Source: Octopus vulgaris (taxonomy: Eukaryota). Taken from it: 64,000 bases of DNA. Shown piece by piece: positions 54,099-64,000 of the stretch (the stretch's first letter is position 1; every line of letters starts with the position of its first letter). The DNA lies in NCBI GenBank assembly GCA_951406725.2, contig OX597819.1, positions 25,110,001 to 25,174,000 of the forward strand, written 5' to 3'. Position numbers and translations under genes: made by a program. The notes under the pieces are model-generated. The model saw nothing but the letters and a program-made list of their open reading frames with translations. It did no database searches and had not been told where the DNA came from.

Positions 54099-56403
54099 GA
54101 TGGGCTACAGCAAATATTCTGCTCAGTACCACAGATTTACATGTCGTTTATTTGACCTTAACCTGTTGAGCATGTCCCTTAGTGGCTGACGATATGTGCA
54201 TCTCTGATCACAAGAGAGAAGTAGTGGGGGGAGTATCATAGCCATGTGTTGAGAGGGATTCTTTGGGGTTTGAATAATTCACCTTTGGAAACATGGGTGT
54301 TTCATTCAACATCCTTAAACAATCCTTATTCAGGGACCTTTTAAGTGGGATGGGTTACTCAACCAGAAGAAAATTCTAACTGGGCCCTACCTGCAAGGTC
54401 ATGTACTGTTTATCTTGATATGAGATCACCATGTTGCGCACATATGGTTGTGATGCATGTGCCTGGTGTACCCTTATCAGACAGGTAGTCATGATGGGTA
54501 TACTGGGCTTCGTATATTTTACTCCAGTGCCACTTTGATGGCATGCACTGCTCTCTCACTCAATAATGATAATAATAATCCTTTCTGCTATTGGCACAAG
54601 GCCTGAAATTTTGGGGGAGTGTAGGAGTTAATCGATTACATTGACCTTAGTACTCAACAGGTACTTATTTTATTGACACTGAAAGGATGGAAAGCAAAGT
54701 CGACCTCAGCTGAATTAGATCTCAGAACGTAAAAATGCCGCTAAGCTTTTTCTCTGGCATGCTAGCAATTCTTACCAGCTCACCACCTTAATAATAATAA
54801 TAATAATGGTTTCAAATTTTGGCACAAGGCCAGCAGTTTCAGGGGAGGGGTAAGTCAATCACATTGACCAGTATTCAATTGGTACTTATTTCATTGACCT
54901 TGAAAGGCTGAAAAACAAAGTCAACCTCGGTGGTATTTGAACTCAGAATGTAAAGATGAACAAAATGCTGCTAACCATTTTGTCTGATGTGCTAATGATT
55001 CTGCCATTTCACTGCCTTAATAGTAATAGTAATAGTAAATAATAATGATAAACCCTTGACTTTGCCCAACTTGTTATTCCATCACAGAAGAAGTAGCCAA
55101 ATCACTGCTCATCATCTCCTGGCTTCTAGCTTAACTCCTGTCTTTTGTGACTCACATCTTTTTGCTCTTTACTTTTATATTACAAAGGCATGCTCATTAA
55201 CTAGGCAGGGAATCCCCTCTGGCCAAACTTCATTAAGGATAACCATCCTACAACCCTGCAGGAGACTATGGTATTCTGCACCCTTTCACACAAAGGCTTG
55301 ATGGCACACTTTTTCTCATGGGACTATGTGTTCAATCAGGATTATTTTCTTTGCCTTTTCAGACCAAAAAAAACTGACAAAAATGTGTAGTATTCATTGC
55401 CATAATAAGTAAATAAATAATTATTAGCAAACGAGTAAATTATTTCTTGTGTATGAAAACATTTGTATTGCAAATAATGTAAATAATGACTTATTTTGAA
55501 TTTTTCTTCTTACTTGCCTTGTTTAGGTGGACACATATCATAGCTGATACAGTTTACACGCTGAAGGGAAAGTTCTCTGTTGTCTTCATTGGCACCTTAG
55601 ATGGATATGTTAAAAAGATGATCCATATTCCTCGAGTGAATCTCAGTTGTATTTTAGAAGAAATCAGAATCACTCCAAAGGGACAAAACGAACCTGTAAC
55701 CTCGATTATAAAATCTAGAGAAGAGGTAAGTCGATATTAGATTTCATAAAGTATTGTCATCACCACCTCCATTATCATCACCACCATCACTATCATCATT
55801 GTCATTATTTCTGTTAATGCCATCGTCATCATAATGACCATCATCATCACTGTCCAGAGCATCACTGTTATCTCGTTGTTAAAGCCATTATCGTAACTGT
55901 TATTGTCATCATCATAACTGTTACCCTCCTCGTCTTCATCTTCTTCATCACCATCGTCATTTTAATACTGTTTATCTTTACTAGATTGTGCTCCACAAAA
56001 TTATTATTAAAATGTTATCCTTATCACCATCATCATCTTTCTCTTTTCTTGCTCTTCTGTGATGGCATGCTGGACGGAGCTTTTAGGGGTAGTGTTTCGT
56101 GTTGAGATGCCCCACCTGACACGAACCCTTTTAAGACAGCTCTTATGACATGCAGAGATACAGTGCATCTATTTTAAAAATCAGAATCTAATATTATTAT
56201 TATTACTAATATTGGCTATGTTGGTAGTCAGTTCATAAATCAACTTTAATTTTTAAAAAAACGTATATCCACTTGACAATATTTAATGAGGAATTTTTTT
56301 TTTGTGTGTTGTACAAAATTATAACCAATACCTACATAAACATGTATATTTATATGTATATAGATGCAGGTGTATGTATGTGCATGTGTGTGTGTGTGTA
56401 TGT

Positions 56404-56434
<31 letters not shown>

Positions 56435-56759
56435 CGATAGTGTATATTTATACACATAAGGAATCCACACTTAGGGTGAAATTCAACACATAGAACCACA
56501 AATAAAATGGTATTAAATGGTAAATATTTTTCATTTCCAAATTTTGTTCCTGTCGAATCTTATCCGTTATTTTTGTGGTTCTATGTGTTGAATTTCACCC
56601 TAAGTATGGATTCCTTATGTGTATAAATATACATTATCATATAACTAATATACAGTCTTCTTGACTAATTTTTTTACACGTTAGACCACTGGAAATGTAA
56701 ATTTTGATTGAATATTTTAAATTTAATTAAATTCCATTTCCCTTTTGATATGATTAAAC

Positions 56760-56805
<46 letters not shown>

Positions 56806-59800
56806 CCAAAATATATAGTATCATATATCCACCATGGCTGATCTTACCAATCGGTTTTGCACAAAGAATAAAATGGAGTGTTAGATAACAATCTGATTAT
56901 ATGACCTTATGCTCATCAGAGTTACCCGATATTGAAGGGAATATGGCGACTCCTCTCTATTGTCGGAGGTGGATTAACATGACTGGTTTGCTGCTGCTAT
57001 GAAAAAGGTGATGGAACGAATAAGGGCCAGGGGATTAGGTTAGGAGTTGTGTCCCTTGGTTGGCTATGTTATGAGGTTGGTAAGAGTTATCTTGAAGTGT
57101 TTGTAGGGAAAGTGTGCTTTATTAAGTATGGTGCTCCTGTAAGGATTGGGTGTGTGATATGTGTAGTAGTGTCATATGCATAAATTTTTCTGAGGGTAAA
57201 GGTATATATAACAGCATTTGTTGTGTGCTGTTTGTCGAACTGTTTTCTTTCTGTAATGGTTAGTCGTGGGGGGGGGGGGGTTATGTTAGCATGTGGTGTG
57301 TAATGTGTATGTGGGGGTCTGTGTGAAGGGGTACAATGTATATGACGGGGTATATGTTGGGGGTGTTGGGAGACTATCTTGTGGGATGTGCATGGGTATA
57401 TTGGTGGGAGGTTAGTGGTTTGGAGTTTGGCTGCTCTTTCTAGTGAGTCGGATGTTCTATTATGGCCATCCCTTATATGTTTGAATATATATATATTTAT
57501 ATATACATATATATTCTCCTTTGAATTAATTGTTGCTGACACAGACTATCACCAGTTTCTTTGGATTTCAGATTTTACTCCTTTATATATGTGTGTGTGC
57601 ATGCATATAATTTCCTTTATTTTTATTGTTCCTTTCTTTTTTTTTCTTTCTAGAAAGCACTCTATGTTGTAACTAGCAGAACTTTAATAAAGATACCATT
57701 TGAGAGGTGTCATCGATTAAAAACCAAGAGGTAAAAAAAAACCCTATTTTAAAGATTTTATAACTCTATAAATGAATTCAAATTGTTGCTTTTCCATTAA
57801 AGAAAAATTAACCAAGAGTGGGTGGGGAAGAAAGGATATTTGAAAACAAGATATAATGGAGTTAACATATCTGAAGATTACAACTGCAATAGTCCAACCA
57901 GTGGATCAAAGATTGACAGTTAACTTCAAGTCATATTATCTGAAAAGAACCTTCAAGTAATTTATGAAATTGACAGGTCGGATGAACCTTCTTTTAGAGC
58001 TTCTGGAAGAAGTTCAACAAATGAAAGTTGTCCATGTGAAGCCTTCATTTTTGAAACGTACTTTGAAAAATATATGGCCAGACTGTATCTGTAACCCTAT
58101 AAATTTTCCATCAGCAGAAAGTGTATGTCAAATTTGGAAAGACACTGTGATATCTAAAAATGATGTCAGGTTTAAAGAACTCATAAAGAATGAGGTGGTT
58201 GTGTTTCTAGTTTCCCATAGTGTTTATCTAATGAGGTGCCAATGCTAATAGAACAAAAGCAAGCTGAGAATACAAAGATTCCTCCAACTCCACTTAAATT
58301 GACTGCAAAGAGTATTGCTAAAGAAGGCCTGCAAGTTTTTACTAATAATGTTATATCGCAATACTACACAGTGGTTGTGTGAGTTACAAAATCCTTATCG
58401 CCAATGTTATATTGCATGTTCCGATGACCTCTACTCAACTCCCTGACATCTAGACTTCTCCTTCTATATCTATGTATTGGGCTAACCTACTTCATCGTCT
58501 GGGGGCGTCGACACAACAAATAATGGCACTAATCATGACTATAATATTAAAAAAAAAATTGCATTGAAGAGCTTACAATGATCTGTTTCTAGACTAAGTT
58601 GTACGAAGAGATAACACTCTATGAAAATCAATCTCAAGCTTATGTTGATGATGATGAACTATAAGACAGGAGATAGTGTTCCTCATCCAGCAAGAAACCT
58701 TTATCCTCCACCACTCTTCACATATAGTCAATATCTTTTGTAATAAGAATAAGTCTTATGATATTATGTATTGCTTTTCAAATATTCTTATGCATACATA
58801 TTGTACTATTTCATTTTTGAATTTGGTTTGCAAGATTCTTTATGTGAATTTGTTTGTTGGGGCATATTTTATTGTGTCTGAGGAGTGTCATTTTGTTTTA
58901 ATGCCTTATTAATTAACACACTCACTGGTTTGATTTCTACTCACTTACTTATTGTTATTGTTTATTAGTAAGGCATTAAAACAGAACGACTCTCCCCGGA
59001 CACAATAAAATACTGTACTATATATGTTTTAGAAATTGTTACCTATATGAATAAAAGTGGTTGTTTTTTGAAAAGTCCATTGGAATGCATTCTCATTTTA
59101 CAATAATGTGGCTGTGTGGTTAGTAGCTTGCTAACCAACCACATGGTTCCGGGTTCAATCCCACTGCGTGGCATCTTGGGCAAGTGTCTTCTGCTATAGC
59201 CCCGGGCCGACCAATGCCTTGTCAGTGGATTTGGTAGACGGAAACTGAAAGAAGCCTGTCGTATATATGTATATATATATATGTGTGTGTGTTTGTGTGT
59301 CTGTGTTTGTCCCCCTAGCATTACTTGACAACCGATGCTGGTGTGTTTACGTCCCCGTCACTTAGCGGTTCGGCAAAAGAGACCGATAGAATAAGTACTG
59401 GGCTTACAAAAAATAAGTCCCGCGGTCGATTTGCTCGACTAAAGGTGGTGCTCCAGCATGGCCGCAGTCAAATGACTGAAACAAGTAAAGAGTAAAGAGT
59501 CATGTAAGTACCATTTAACGAGGATAATTTTTATAGCTAGCTTCTTACAGTGATACTACCTGCCTTGAATGAATGAGTCAGCTTTTGAGTTTCAGACACA
59601 TCTGAGCACTACTTTGTGACCATCTAGACTATGCTTGCTTTAGTGTTCTTGAGCACACTCTATGTGTGTGTGTGTGTATATATGTCTGTGGGTGTGGATC
59701 TGTTTCTGTGTACAGACACACATAATTGCAAGTTTAAAGCTGTTTTATGATCATTGTGCTGCCAGGAGGCAGAGTATATTGATCTACTCATCTCAGTCAA

Positions 59801-60713
59801 TCATGTTGAAAATAGATGTCATTCTTATTTCATGGTTGAATGAATAACTTATTAAGTAAGACTTCTTGCTGTGGAAAAAAAGAAATGAAGAAATTGGAAA
59901 AACAAACATTCAGTTCTGATATAATGAATTTGGGGGAAAAATTTTTTCAATTTGTGAAATGGATAAAAACCAATAAAATGAAGTGACAAAAGGAATTCTG
60001 AGAAAGATATATGACAAATTTTTACAGTATTCTAATGAATTCTTTAATGATCTTCAGATGTGAATAGTGATGGGGAAGGGGGAGAAAAAGAGAGAGAGAG
60101 ATATCTTTATATATAAAAGTGAAGTTGTGTGTCTGTCTCCTACGATTTAGATTCTTAACTACTCCCACATTTTGCGGTGCAGTTTAACCAAAACCGGGTA
60201 TCTTATAGTCGTGATTCATATCGAGCCCTTCTGGGTATTAGCGCGTGTCTGCGATGTGTCTACGATTTAAAAAAAAAATTTACCATCATTTTTTTTCCAT
60301 TTTAATGCATTTTTTGCTATTATATAAGGGAAGTAACTCTCTAAAAATGTCTACGATGAGTCAGCGATTTAAAAAAAAATTTACTATAATTTTTTTTCCA
60401 TTTTTAATGCATTTTTTGCTATTTTTTGGCTATAACTCTCTAAAAATGCTTATATAGTTATTTCCCTTACAAACCCGAGCAACGCCGGGCGATACTGCTA
60501 GTGTCTTTATAACTTATCTAATACTTTTCAGTTGCAACTTTGCTAAGGTTCTTTGTTTTGGTTTCCAATTCTACAGTATGTGTCTTCAGGCCCGGGATCC
60601 CTATTGTGCATGGAATAAAATAAACAAGACTTGTGCAACACCACCGGTCAACCAGTTAGAGACTCTCTTTTGGCTTCAGGATATCACATCATGTCCTGTT
60701 CTGGAGACACCAG
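27397..60713 (+). CDS. Sema5: Semaphorin, class 5-like (Sema + PSI domains; partial, 12 exons in window)
   Basis: I spliced 12 exons by hand. All introns are GT-AG and phases match throughout (1503 nt). Sema motifs: [106 protein letters not shown] motif: [11 protein letters not shown]. The ending [14 protein letters not shown] plus a phase-1 intron resembles the class 5 PSI-to-TSP1 junction, so the class assignment is inferred. Confidence 0.9.
27547..27683. repeat. (TTA/TTG)n microsatellite
   Basis: Direct reading. Confidence 0.95.
27684..28247. mobile_element. ~565 bp dispersed repeat embedded in (TTA)n
   Basis: Other copies at 46237-46640, 46656-47233 and inverted at 54098-54561; all flanked by TTA/TAA runs. 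Confidence 0.8.
29004..29112 (+). CDS. Sema5: Semaphorin exon B: [36 protein letters not shown]
   Basis: tttttgatag acceptor; aaa|gtaata donor; 109 nt, phase 2 to 0. Confidence 0.9.
29450..29548 (+). CDS. Sema5: Semaphorin exon C: [33 protein letters not shown]
   Basis: cctag acceptor; aat|gtaagt donor; 99 nt; CGTNA motif. Confidence 0.95.
29648..30160 (+). mobile_element. Non-autonomous Helitron with extra ~215 bp internal segment
   Basis: Family termini; segment 29866-30080 is absent from the other copies. Confidence 0.87.
30161..30556 (+). mobile_element. Non-autonomous Helitron, head-to-tail with previous copy
   Basis: Exact junction CTAG|TCTTTATATA. Confidence 0.88.
30903..31313 (+). 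mobile_element. SINE family A
   Basis: Full-length copy. Confidence 0.88.
31786..32198 (+). mobile_element. SINE family A
   Basis: Full-length copy. Confidence 0.88.
32490..32907 (-). mobile_element. SINE family A
   Basis: Full-length copy, inverted relative to 31786-32198. Confidence 0.88.
33083..33519 (-). mobile_element. SINE family A
   Basis: Full-length, somewhat diverged copy. Confidence 0.85.
33676..34106 (+). mobile_element. SINE family A
   Basis: Full-length copy. Confidence 0.88.
34553..34766 (+). CDS. Sema5: Semaphorin exon D: [24 protein letters not shown]...[12 protein letters not shown]
   Basis: tttgcag acceptor; g|gtaagt donor; 214 nt, phase 0 to 1; overlaps ORF 34547..34774. 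Confidence 0.95.
37340..37573 (+). mobile_element. LINE (CR1/Jockey group) 3' end
   Basis: [19 protein letters not shown] motif followed by an A-rich tail. Confidence 0.65.
39411..39720. repeat. (TA)n/(TCTA)n compound microsatellite
   Basis: Direct reading. Confidence 0.95.
39967..40055 (+). CDS. Sema5: Semaphorin exon E: (E)[29 protein letters not shown]
   Basis: ttccag acceptor; aaa|gtaagt donor; 89 nt, phase 1 to 0; YFFFRE motif. Confidence 0.96.
40545..40792 (-). mobile_element. CR1/L2-like LINE 3' end
   Basis: LPKHLRD...[19 protein letters not shown]...RAAVSNSL (with a frameshift). Confidence 0.65.
41775..41997. repeat. 22-bp minisatellite, ~10 diverged copies
   Basis: Consensus GCACACTTGAGGACAGGCTGAT. 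Confidence 0.85.
43072..43465 (+). mobile_element. Non-autonomous Helitron
   Basis: Family termini and hairpin. Confidence 0.88.
44473..45040 (+). mobile_element. Internally deleted mariner transposon
   Basis: ~30 bp TIRs TTGGGTTGTCCGGAAAGTTTGTGCCGATTT, TA TSD; C-terminal transposase [20 protein letters not shown] joined to an N-terminal stub. Confidence 0.93.
45566..45860. repeat. (ATA/ATG)n microsatellite
   Basis: Direct reading. Confidence 0.95.
46128..47233. mobile_element. Tandem array of the (TTA)n-embedded repeat (fragment + truncated copy + full copy)
   Basis: Two units end at the same point, ctcaactggtt|(att)n. Confidence 0.8.
48090..48122 (+). CDS. Sema5: Semaphorin exon F (33 nt): [11 protein letters not shown]
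   Basis: tttatctag acceptor; aag|gtaagt donor; SRVARIC motif. Confidence 0.95.
48505..48847 (-). mobile_element. Diverged tRNA-derived SINE
   Basis: Minus-strand head GGCACATGGTTCAGTGGTTAGAGCG; partial related copy at about 48270-48490. Confidence 0.6.
49104..49273 (+). CDS. Sema5: Semaphorin exon G: [38 protein letters not shown]...YAVFGTG
   Basis: cttcag acceptor; ga|gtaagt donor; 170 nt, phase 0 to 2. Confidence 0.96.
50020..50218 (+). mobile_element. SINE family B with (GAT)n tail
   Basis: GGCGTTAGGAAGGGCATCCAGCTGTAGAAAC core; related copies at about 2090-2225, 8700-8920 and 14950-15245. Confidence 0.75.
50710..50845 (+). CDS. Sema5: Semaphorin exon H: [45 protein letters not shown]
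   Basis: ttccag acceptor; cag|gtatga donor; 136 nt, phase 2 to 0; GSAIC motif. Confidence 0.94.
51435..51525 (-). ncRNA. Type I hammerhead ribozyme motif (Penelope/retrozyme-like), weak stem II
   Basis: Minus strand: GTTCC-CTGATGA-...-GAAAC-ACAT-GTA-GGAAC; perfect 5-bp stem I, intact core, GUA triplet. Confidence 0.65.
51561..51658 (+). ncRNA. Degenerate type I hammerhead motif, inverted partner
   Basis: CTGATGA-ACCATTCTG...CAGAATGAT-GAAAC-ATAC-ATA-GGAAC; stem II 8/9 bp; cleavage triplet mutated. Confidence 0.6.
51850..52248 (-). mobile_element. Non-autonomous Helitron
   Basis: Reverse copy; 5' end decayed. Confidence 0.85.
53444..53586 (+). CDS. Sema5: Semaphorin exon I: [47 protein letters not shown](R)
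   Basis: tttcag acceptor; ag|gtaggt donor; 143 nt, phase 0 to 2; [10 protein letters not shown] motif. Confidence 0.92.
54098..54561. mobile_element. (TTA)n-embedded repeat, inverted, truncated
   Basis: Reverse complement of part of 27684-28247, between (TAA)n runs. Confidence 0.8.
55527..55725 (+). CDS. Sema5: Semaphorin exon J: [30 protein letters not shown]...SCILEEI...SREE
   Basis: gtttag acceptor; gag|gtaagt donor; 199 nt, phase 2 to 0. Confidence 0.94.
56841..56925 (-). ncRNA. Degenerate type I hammerhead motif
   Basis: CTGATGA-GCATAAGG...CTTTGTGC-AAAAC-CGATTG-GTA-AG; 8-bp stem II, near-palindromic stem III, GAAA>AAAA at a CpG. Confidence 0.55.
57654..57730 (+). CDS. Sema5: Semaphorin exon K: [25 protein letters not shown]
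   Basis: Long pyrimidine tract + tag; ag|gtaaaa donor; 77 nt, phase 0 to 2; Sema/PSI boundary. Confidence 0.92.
57880..58330 (+). mobile_element. pogo/Tigger DDE transposase remnant
   Basis: [24 protein letters not shown] resembles Tigger T..IQPMDQG...FK.YY.RRTF; frameshifted. Confidence 0.65.
59108..59500 (+). mobile_element. SINE family A (5' end slightly truncated)
   Basis: Match to other copies. Confidence 0.87.
60104..60501 (+). mobile_element. Non-autonomous Helitron
   Basis: Family termini; ends 75 bp upstream of exon L. Confidence 0.88.
60577..60713 (+). CDS. Sema5: Semaphorin exon L (PSI): [19 protein letters not shown]...[14 protein letters not shown]
   Basis: ctacag acceptor; g|gtaaac donor; 137 nt, phase 2 to 1; DPYCAW motif. 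Confidence 0.95.
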
Positions 60714-61033
60714 GTAAACTGCATTTTGACTTATATTCCGAAATGAAATAAATATCTACATGTATATATATATACTTTGATCTAACCTAATGTTTCTACT
60801 GGCATTTATTTACACTATTTTTAAGTGCAAGCATAATATAGTTGCAGGTATGGTTGTATGGTTAAGAAGTTCACTTCTCAACTGTGTGGCTTCAGTTTCA
60901 GTTTTACAGCATGGTATTTTGGGCAAGTGTCTTCTAATATATAGCCCTTAGCTGACCAATGTCTTGTGAAAGAGTATGGTAGGCAGAAATGAAAATGGCC
61001 TATTGCACACACACACACACACACATATACACA

Positions 61034-61105
<72 letters not shown>

Positions 61106-61511
61106 ATATATATGTTCTTTTTGAAAATCTGATGAAGCACTAGCATAATACACAAACACTCAACTGTAAGTGCATTGCATCTTATATAGCAGAAACTACT
61201 GTGAGCTAATGGAGTTCACTATATAATTTTTTGTTCCTTTGTTATTTATTTAATTCTTTATTATATTCTGTACTTGATTAACACTGTTTATGTATATATA
61301 TGAGTGAGTTGACATACAAAAGAAAGTGGTATTCAACATGTTTGGCAGGAGTTACATTAATAACTTAAACAGTTTGATTTTGCTCCATGCAGCTTGAAGT
61401 TTCGTAAGCTTGCAGATCAAATGTACTAATCTTTATTTTGCATGGAGTTAAGTACAACTGTTATTAAATAATATATATATACACACACACACATATGGGT
61501 GTGTGTGTATA

Positions 61512-61644
61512 CTAGGTTGAGGAAAAAGTTTGTGTGTTGTGAGTCACCATTGAACATGAAATGAACTGGATGAATACACACACCACAAAAATATATAATA
61601 AAGCATTATTTTAACACAGTGCACAAACTTTTTCCTCGACCTAA
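61512..61644. mobile_element. Tc1/mariner-type MITE
   Basis: TIRs TAGGT(T/C)GAGGAAAAAGTTTGTG, flanked by TA. Confidence 0.75.
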
Positions 61645-61648
61645 TATA

Positions 61649-61690
<42 letters not shown>

Positions 61691-62081
61691 CTGTATATTA
61701 ACATATATCTTGTAGCAGTTGTTGACAAGTTAACTATCGATAGACTGGAGAAGATTTATTATTAGTTGTCAAATGAGATATATATATTAAAAAGTTAATA
61801 AAAACAAAAGGTGCATTAAAAAGTTACACCTTCATATATGCAAAAAAAAAAAAAAAAGACAAACTAATACAGATGTACATAATTTAATTCCATAACAGCT
61901 TTTGTTAATCATGCTTGATATTTCAAATGGTATTCTTTTATGAGAAGAATGTGCTAAAATTGAAGGCTTTTATGAATTCTAAACATTCTTTGTGTTTCAA
62001 TAACATTATTATTGCATGTAAATAATTAGAGAATCTGGAAGTTGTTGCTAGATTTGAATAACTTATATATTATGTGGGTGT

Positions 62082-62305
62082 CGAGCTGGCAGAAACGGTA
62101 GCACGCCGGGCAAAATGCGAAGCCGTATTTCATCTGCCGTTACGTTCTGAGTTCAAATTCCGCCGAGGTTGACTTTGCCTTTCATCCTTTCAGGGTCGAT
62201 AAATTAAGTACCAGTTATGCACTGGGGGCGATGGAATCAACTTAATCGCTTTGTCTCTCCTTGTTTGTCCCCTCTATGTTTGGCCCCTTGTGGGTAGTAA
62301 AGAAA
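62082..62305 (+). mobile_element. Nin/Deu-like SINE
   Basis: Match to 26028-26260. Confidence 0.75.
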
Positions 62306-62872
62306 TATATATATTATGTGGGTGTAGGCATGGCTGTGTGATTAAGAAATTTCCTTCACAATATGGTTTCCGGTTCTGTACTTACATGTGATATCTTGGT
62401 CAAGTCCCTTCTCCTATTGCTGTGACTCTCCCAGTATCTTGTGATGAATTTACTTGACAGAAACTATATTAAGATCATTGTGTGAGTGCACACGTTTGTG
62501 TGTGTGCATACACACGTGTGTATGACAGCACTTATATATTGACATCTAACTTGTCACTATGTGAAATGAAGTGGTGCTGATGTTGATATTCCTAGTTTGT
62601 GTTATGGCTGGTTGTTCTGTGCTTTTGAAGACCTGTGGATTATAAGAATGCCTTACCTCAAAAACAGGTGAAGGTTGGTGATAGGAAGAACTTCCAATTG
62701 TAAAAATCCGACCTAAAATAACTTCATATAACTTAAGAAAGTATGGTAAAGAAGATGTTGAGAAAAAAAATGTAGTTTTTGTATTTAGTTTGCTAGATTT
62801 TTGATGTAGGAAAATCTGATATTATTTTTGCACCAAACATACACTTGATAACACAGCCATGCCTGCACCTCT

Positions 62873-63330
62873 CATCATCTAACGTCCGCTTTCCATGCTA
62901 GCATGGGTTGGACGATTTGACTGAGTACTGGCGAACCAGATGGCTGCACCAGGCTCCAGTCTGATCTGGCAGTGTTTCTACAACTTCCTAACGCTAACCA
63001 CTCTGAGAGTGTAGTGGGTGCTTTTATATGTCACTGGCACGAGGGCCAGTCAGGTGGTACTGGCAATGGTCATGCTCAAATGGTGTTTTTTACATACCAC
63101 CTGCACAGGAGCCAGTCCAGGGGCACTGGCAACAACCTCGCTCGAATGTTTTTTCATGTGCCACTGGCACAAGTGCCAGTAAGGCGACGCTGGTAATGAT
63201 CACGCTGAAATGATACTTTTTATGTGTCACTGGAATGGAAGCCAGTTGGCTGCTCTGGCAATGATCCTGCTTGGATGGTGCTCTTAACGCTCCACTAGCA
63301 TGGATGCCAGTCATCGAATTTGATTTCAAT
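62873..63330 (-). mobile_element. SINE family B with internal ~60 bp tandem subrepeats
   Basis: Match to 14380-14825. Confidence 0.72.
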
Positions 63331-63396
63331 TTACCTCTGTGTGTGTGTGTGTGTGTATAAATCAAAGTATACAGTATTATGGATCAATTACAGCTG

Positions 63397-63469
63397 GTCT
63401 TACCAACCAGTTTCATGCTGGATATTAGGTAAATGGATGATTACCTAATAAAATACACTCATCATAGAT
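63397..63469 (-). ncRNA. Degenerate type I hammerhead motif
   Basis: TCT-ATGATGA-GTG..TATTAGGTAA/TTACCTAATA..CAT-GAAAC-TGGTTG-GTA-AGA; single C>A core change. Confidence 0.55.
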
Positions 63470-63762
63470 GGCAGGTCTGGAATAAAAAGTGATGGCTGTT
63501 CTCTATTACTACAGTTGAGGAAGTGTTACATCCAGTTTACAGAGAGCAGTCACCATTCTTTTCACTTCTGTCATCTTTGATGATAGTACTATATTATATA
63601 ATCATCCAAATAACTAATATCCAGTATGAAACTCAACTGTGATTGAGATACTGTGAACTTTGATTTGTATACTCACCCTCTACTGACTAATATATGAATT
63701 CCTATTTTCTTTGATTTATGGATTCTTAGTCAGCTCACACACACATATATATATATATATCT

Positions 63763-63992
63763 GTTTCTTTATTACCCGCAAGGGGCTAAACATAGAGGGG
63801 ACAAGCAAGGACAGACAAACGGATTAAGTCGATTACATCGACCCCAGTGCGTAGCTGGTACTTAATTTATCGACCCCGAAAGGATGAAAGGCAAAGTCGA
63901 CCTCGGCGGAATTTGAACTCAGAACATAACGGCAGCTGAAATACGGCTACACATTTCGCCCGGCATGCTAACGGTTCAGCCAGCTTGCCACC
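63763..63992 (-). mobile_element. Nin/Deu-like SINE
   Basis: Reverse-complement match to 26028-26260. Confidence 0.75.
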
Positions 63993-64000
63993 TTTATATA

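Noticed and set aside
61125-61210. Hammerhead candidate CTGATGA...GAAAC (similar weak hits at 9001, 9770, 12790-12840, 47830-47875, 50380-50450)
   Set aside because: I could not build a convincing stem II or stem I, or a valid NUH site.

Overview
This is AT-rich, repeat-dense eukaryotic intronic DNA. The SINE, Helitron and microsatellite content looks like Octopus/coleoid cephalopod, which is an inference from repeat families. The only host gene I can support is a + strand semaphorin, most like class 5. It has 12 coding exons between 27397 and 60713 (1503 nt, about 500 aa), with GT-AG introns and fully consistent phases, covering the Sema domain and the PSI domain. I could not identify the signal-peptide exon, and the C-terminal (expected TSP1) exons were not found in the window. 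The introns hold several tRNA-derived SINE families, nine non-autonomous Helitrons, mariner/piggyBac/Tigger remnants and RTE/CR1/RLE LINE fragments. The less obvious signals are four degenerate type I hammerhead-ribozyme motifs of the Penelope/retrozyme kind (two form an inverted pair), several fold-back inverted repeats and inverted SINE pairs (candidate ADAR substrates), a Helitron carrying an extra GC-rich segment, and a repeat family flanked by (TTA)n. I see no firm evidence for a wholly new system. Most ORFs in the track are microsatellite or SINE artefacts.
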